Under the pieces are notes generated by a model, which saw only the letters and a list, made by a program, of their open reading frames with translations, was not told the DNA's origin and did not search any database. Below, one piece after another: positions 5,879-6,363 of a stretch of DNA of 6,363 bases (position 1 is the first letter of the stretch; every line of letters starts with the position of its first letter). The stretch spans positions 1 to 6,363 of the forward strand of contig JADFSZ010000103.1 in NCBI GenBank assembly GCA_022560555.1. Direction: 5' to 3'. A program made the translations under genes and the position numbers. The DNA comes from PVC group bacterium. Its GTDB lineage: Bacteria > GCA-001730085 > JADFSZ01.

Positions 5879-6139
5879 TTTTCTATAGTTTCTACGGGTT
5901 CCCCGACAAGTATTCAAATTTTCGTTCAGGTTTCAGCAGACGGGACGAATTTTGCTGACTTAACTAATGATGCGTTAGGGGGTTGGATTCACAGTGATGC
6001 TTCGGTCCAAACTTTAATTTTTGATTCTTATATGTTTCCAATCGCGGCTCGTTTTTTAAGAGTAAAAATAGCGGCAACTGGTACATCTGGTGAAAATATT
6101 TTTACTATAGATAACTCTTTTATATATTTGCGAAACTAA
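5879..6139 (+). other. In-frame extension of 86 sense codons (5879-6136, TAA at 6137-6139) directly following the TGA of the 5543 ORF. It lacks a canonical start for its first 51 codons. It is either a read-through or recoded C-terminal domain, or the distal half of a nonsense-disrupted gene.
   Basis: My own translation in the same frame as 5543 gives FSIVSTGSPTSIQIFVQVSADGTNFADLTNDALGGWIHSDASVQTLIFDSYMFPIAARFLRVKIAATGTSGENIFTIDNSFIYLRN*. The first canonical start (ATG/GTG/TTG) is codon 52. The alternating hydrophobic pattern is typical of a beta-sandwich, and the ARFLRVKI stretch resembles the A-R-Y-V-R-hydrophobic strand of discoidin/CBM-like domains. Confidence 0.5.
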
Positions 6140-6252
6140 TGGCTGTAGTTCATGTTTATAAAAAACTGACTTACAATTCACCTCCGGTTGAACAGTGGAA
6201 AACTTCAACGGGAATAGATAATACTTCGATTGAGTATGTGGGTGGGAATTAG
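6139..6252 (+). CDS. Small hypothetical ORF (37 aa), apparently translationally coupled through a TAATG overlap
   Basis: My own translation gives MAVVHVYKKLTYNSPPVEQWKTSTGIDNTSIEYVGGN*. Its ATG (6139-6141) overlaps the TAA (6137-6139) that closes the previous frame. There is no SD and it is short, so support is weak. Confidence 0.35.
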   Translation: MAVVHVYKKLTYNSPPVEQWKTSTGIDNTSIEYVGGN

Positions 6253-6258
6253 TTTTTA

Positions 6259-6363
6259 ATGACCAATACGGATACCAACCAAACTCAATTGCGATTATGG
6301 CGGCGAGATTCAGTAAAAAAGGAATTTGTATTAATCAAGACCATAGCTACCTTTTCAGACGGT
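6259..6363 (+). CDS. Hypothetical protein, N-terminal 35 codons; continues beyond the right edge
   Basis: From the ATG at 6259, MTNTDTNQTQLRLWRRDSVKKEFVLIKTIATFSDG is open to the end of the window. It shares a frame with the 6139 ORF and is separated from it only by TAG plus two codons. Confidence 0.4.
   Translation, partial: MTNTDTNQTQLRLWRRDSVKKEFVLIKTIATFSDG

Noticed and set aside
5868-5885. Programmed frameshift at the T-run (actttttgatttt) around the TGA
   Set aside because: The downstream open frame is the same frame as the upstream ORF, so no shift is needed. The -1 frame hits a stop within a few codons (ctt ttt gat ttt cta tag). The +1 frame was not examined.
5876-5910. Selenocysteine insertion at the in-frame TGA
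   Set aside because: The only downstream structure I can find is a 4-bp stem (cggg/cccg, 5895-5905). That is far from a bacterial SECIS hairpin in size and position. The surrounding sequence also has no redox-motif context such as CxxU.
1-6363. CRISPR arrays, tRNA/rRNA genes, IS elements, integrase or transposase genes
   Set aside because: I saw no repeat-spacer periodicity and no cloverleaf-like GC-rich stems in the intergenic gaps. I also saw no terminal inverted repeats flanking an ORF, and no DDE or tyrosine-recombinase-like translations in any frame I read.

Overview
This is a bacterial chromosomal segment of roughly 35-45% G+C by eye. I cannot assign a taxon without a database search. 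Bases 1-5523 carry nine co-directional minus-strand genes. In order of transcription they are: a degraded (alpha/alpha)-toroid-like gene, an EEP-family nuclease/phosphatase, a 4-TM DoxX/DUF417-like membrane protein, a 48-aa secreted acidic peptide absent from the ORF track, a zinc-ribbon class I SAM methyltransferase, a UPF0213 GIY-YIG protein, parvulin PpiC, a 198-aa signal-peptide protein of unknown family, and a HemY-type protoporphyrinogen oxidase. The oxidase gene runs off the left edge, so it is also absent from the ORF track, and the track ORFs in 285-997 are its shadows. At about 5524-5542 the coding strand flips. A compact plus-strand module of unrecognised small ORFs then runs to the right edge. 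The unusual signals cluster around that junction. (1) The toroid-like gene has lost its 5' end and carries an in-frame TAA. (2) The first plus-strand ORF, 111 codons, stops at a TGA that is followed in the same frame by 86 further stop-free codons that look like coding sequence, 51 of them before any canonical start codon. (3) The next two small ORFs share a frame and are separated only by TAG plus two codons. The conservative reading is a decaying gene next to a decaying foreign or phage-like remnant. The more interesting alternatives are programmed TGA read-through producing a C-terminally extended protein, or an element with recoded stops. Sequence alone cannot separate these. I saw no tRNA, rRNA, CRISPR array, transposase or integrase. 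All family calls rest on motif recognition by eye, not on searches.
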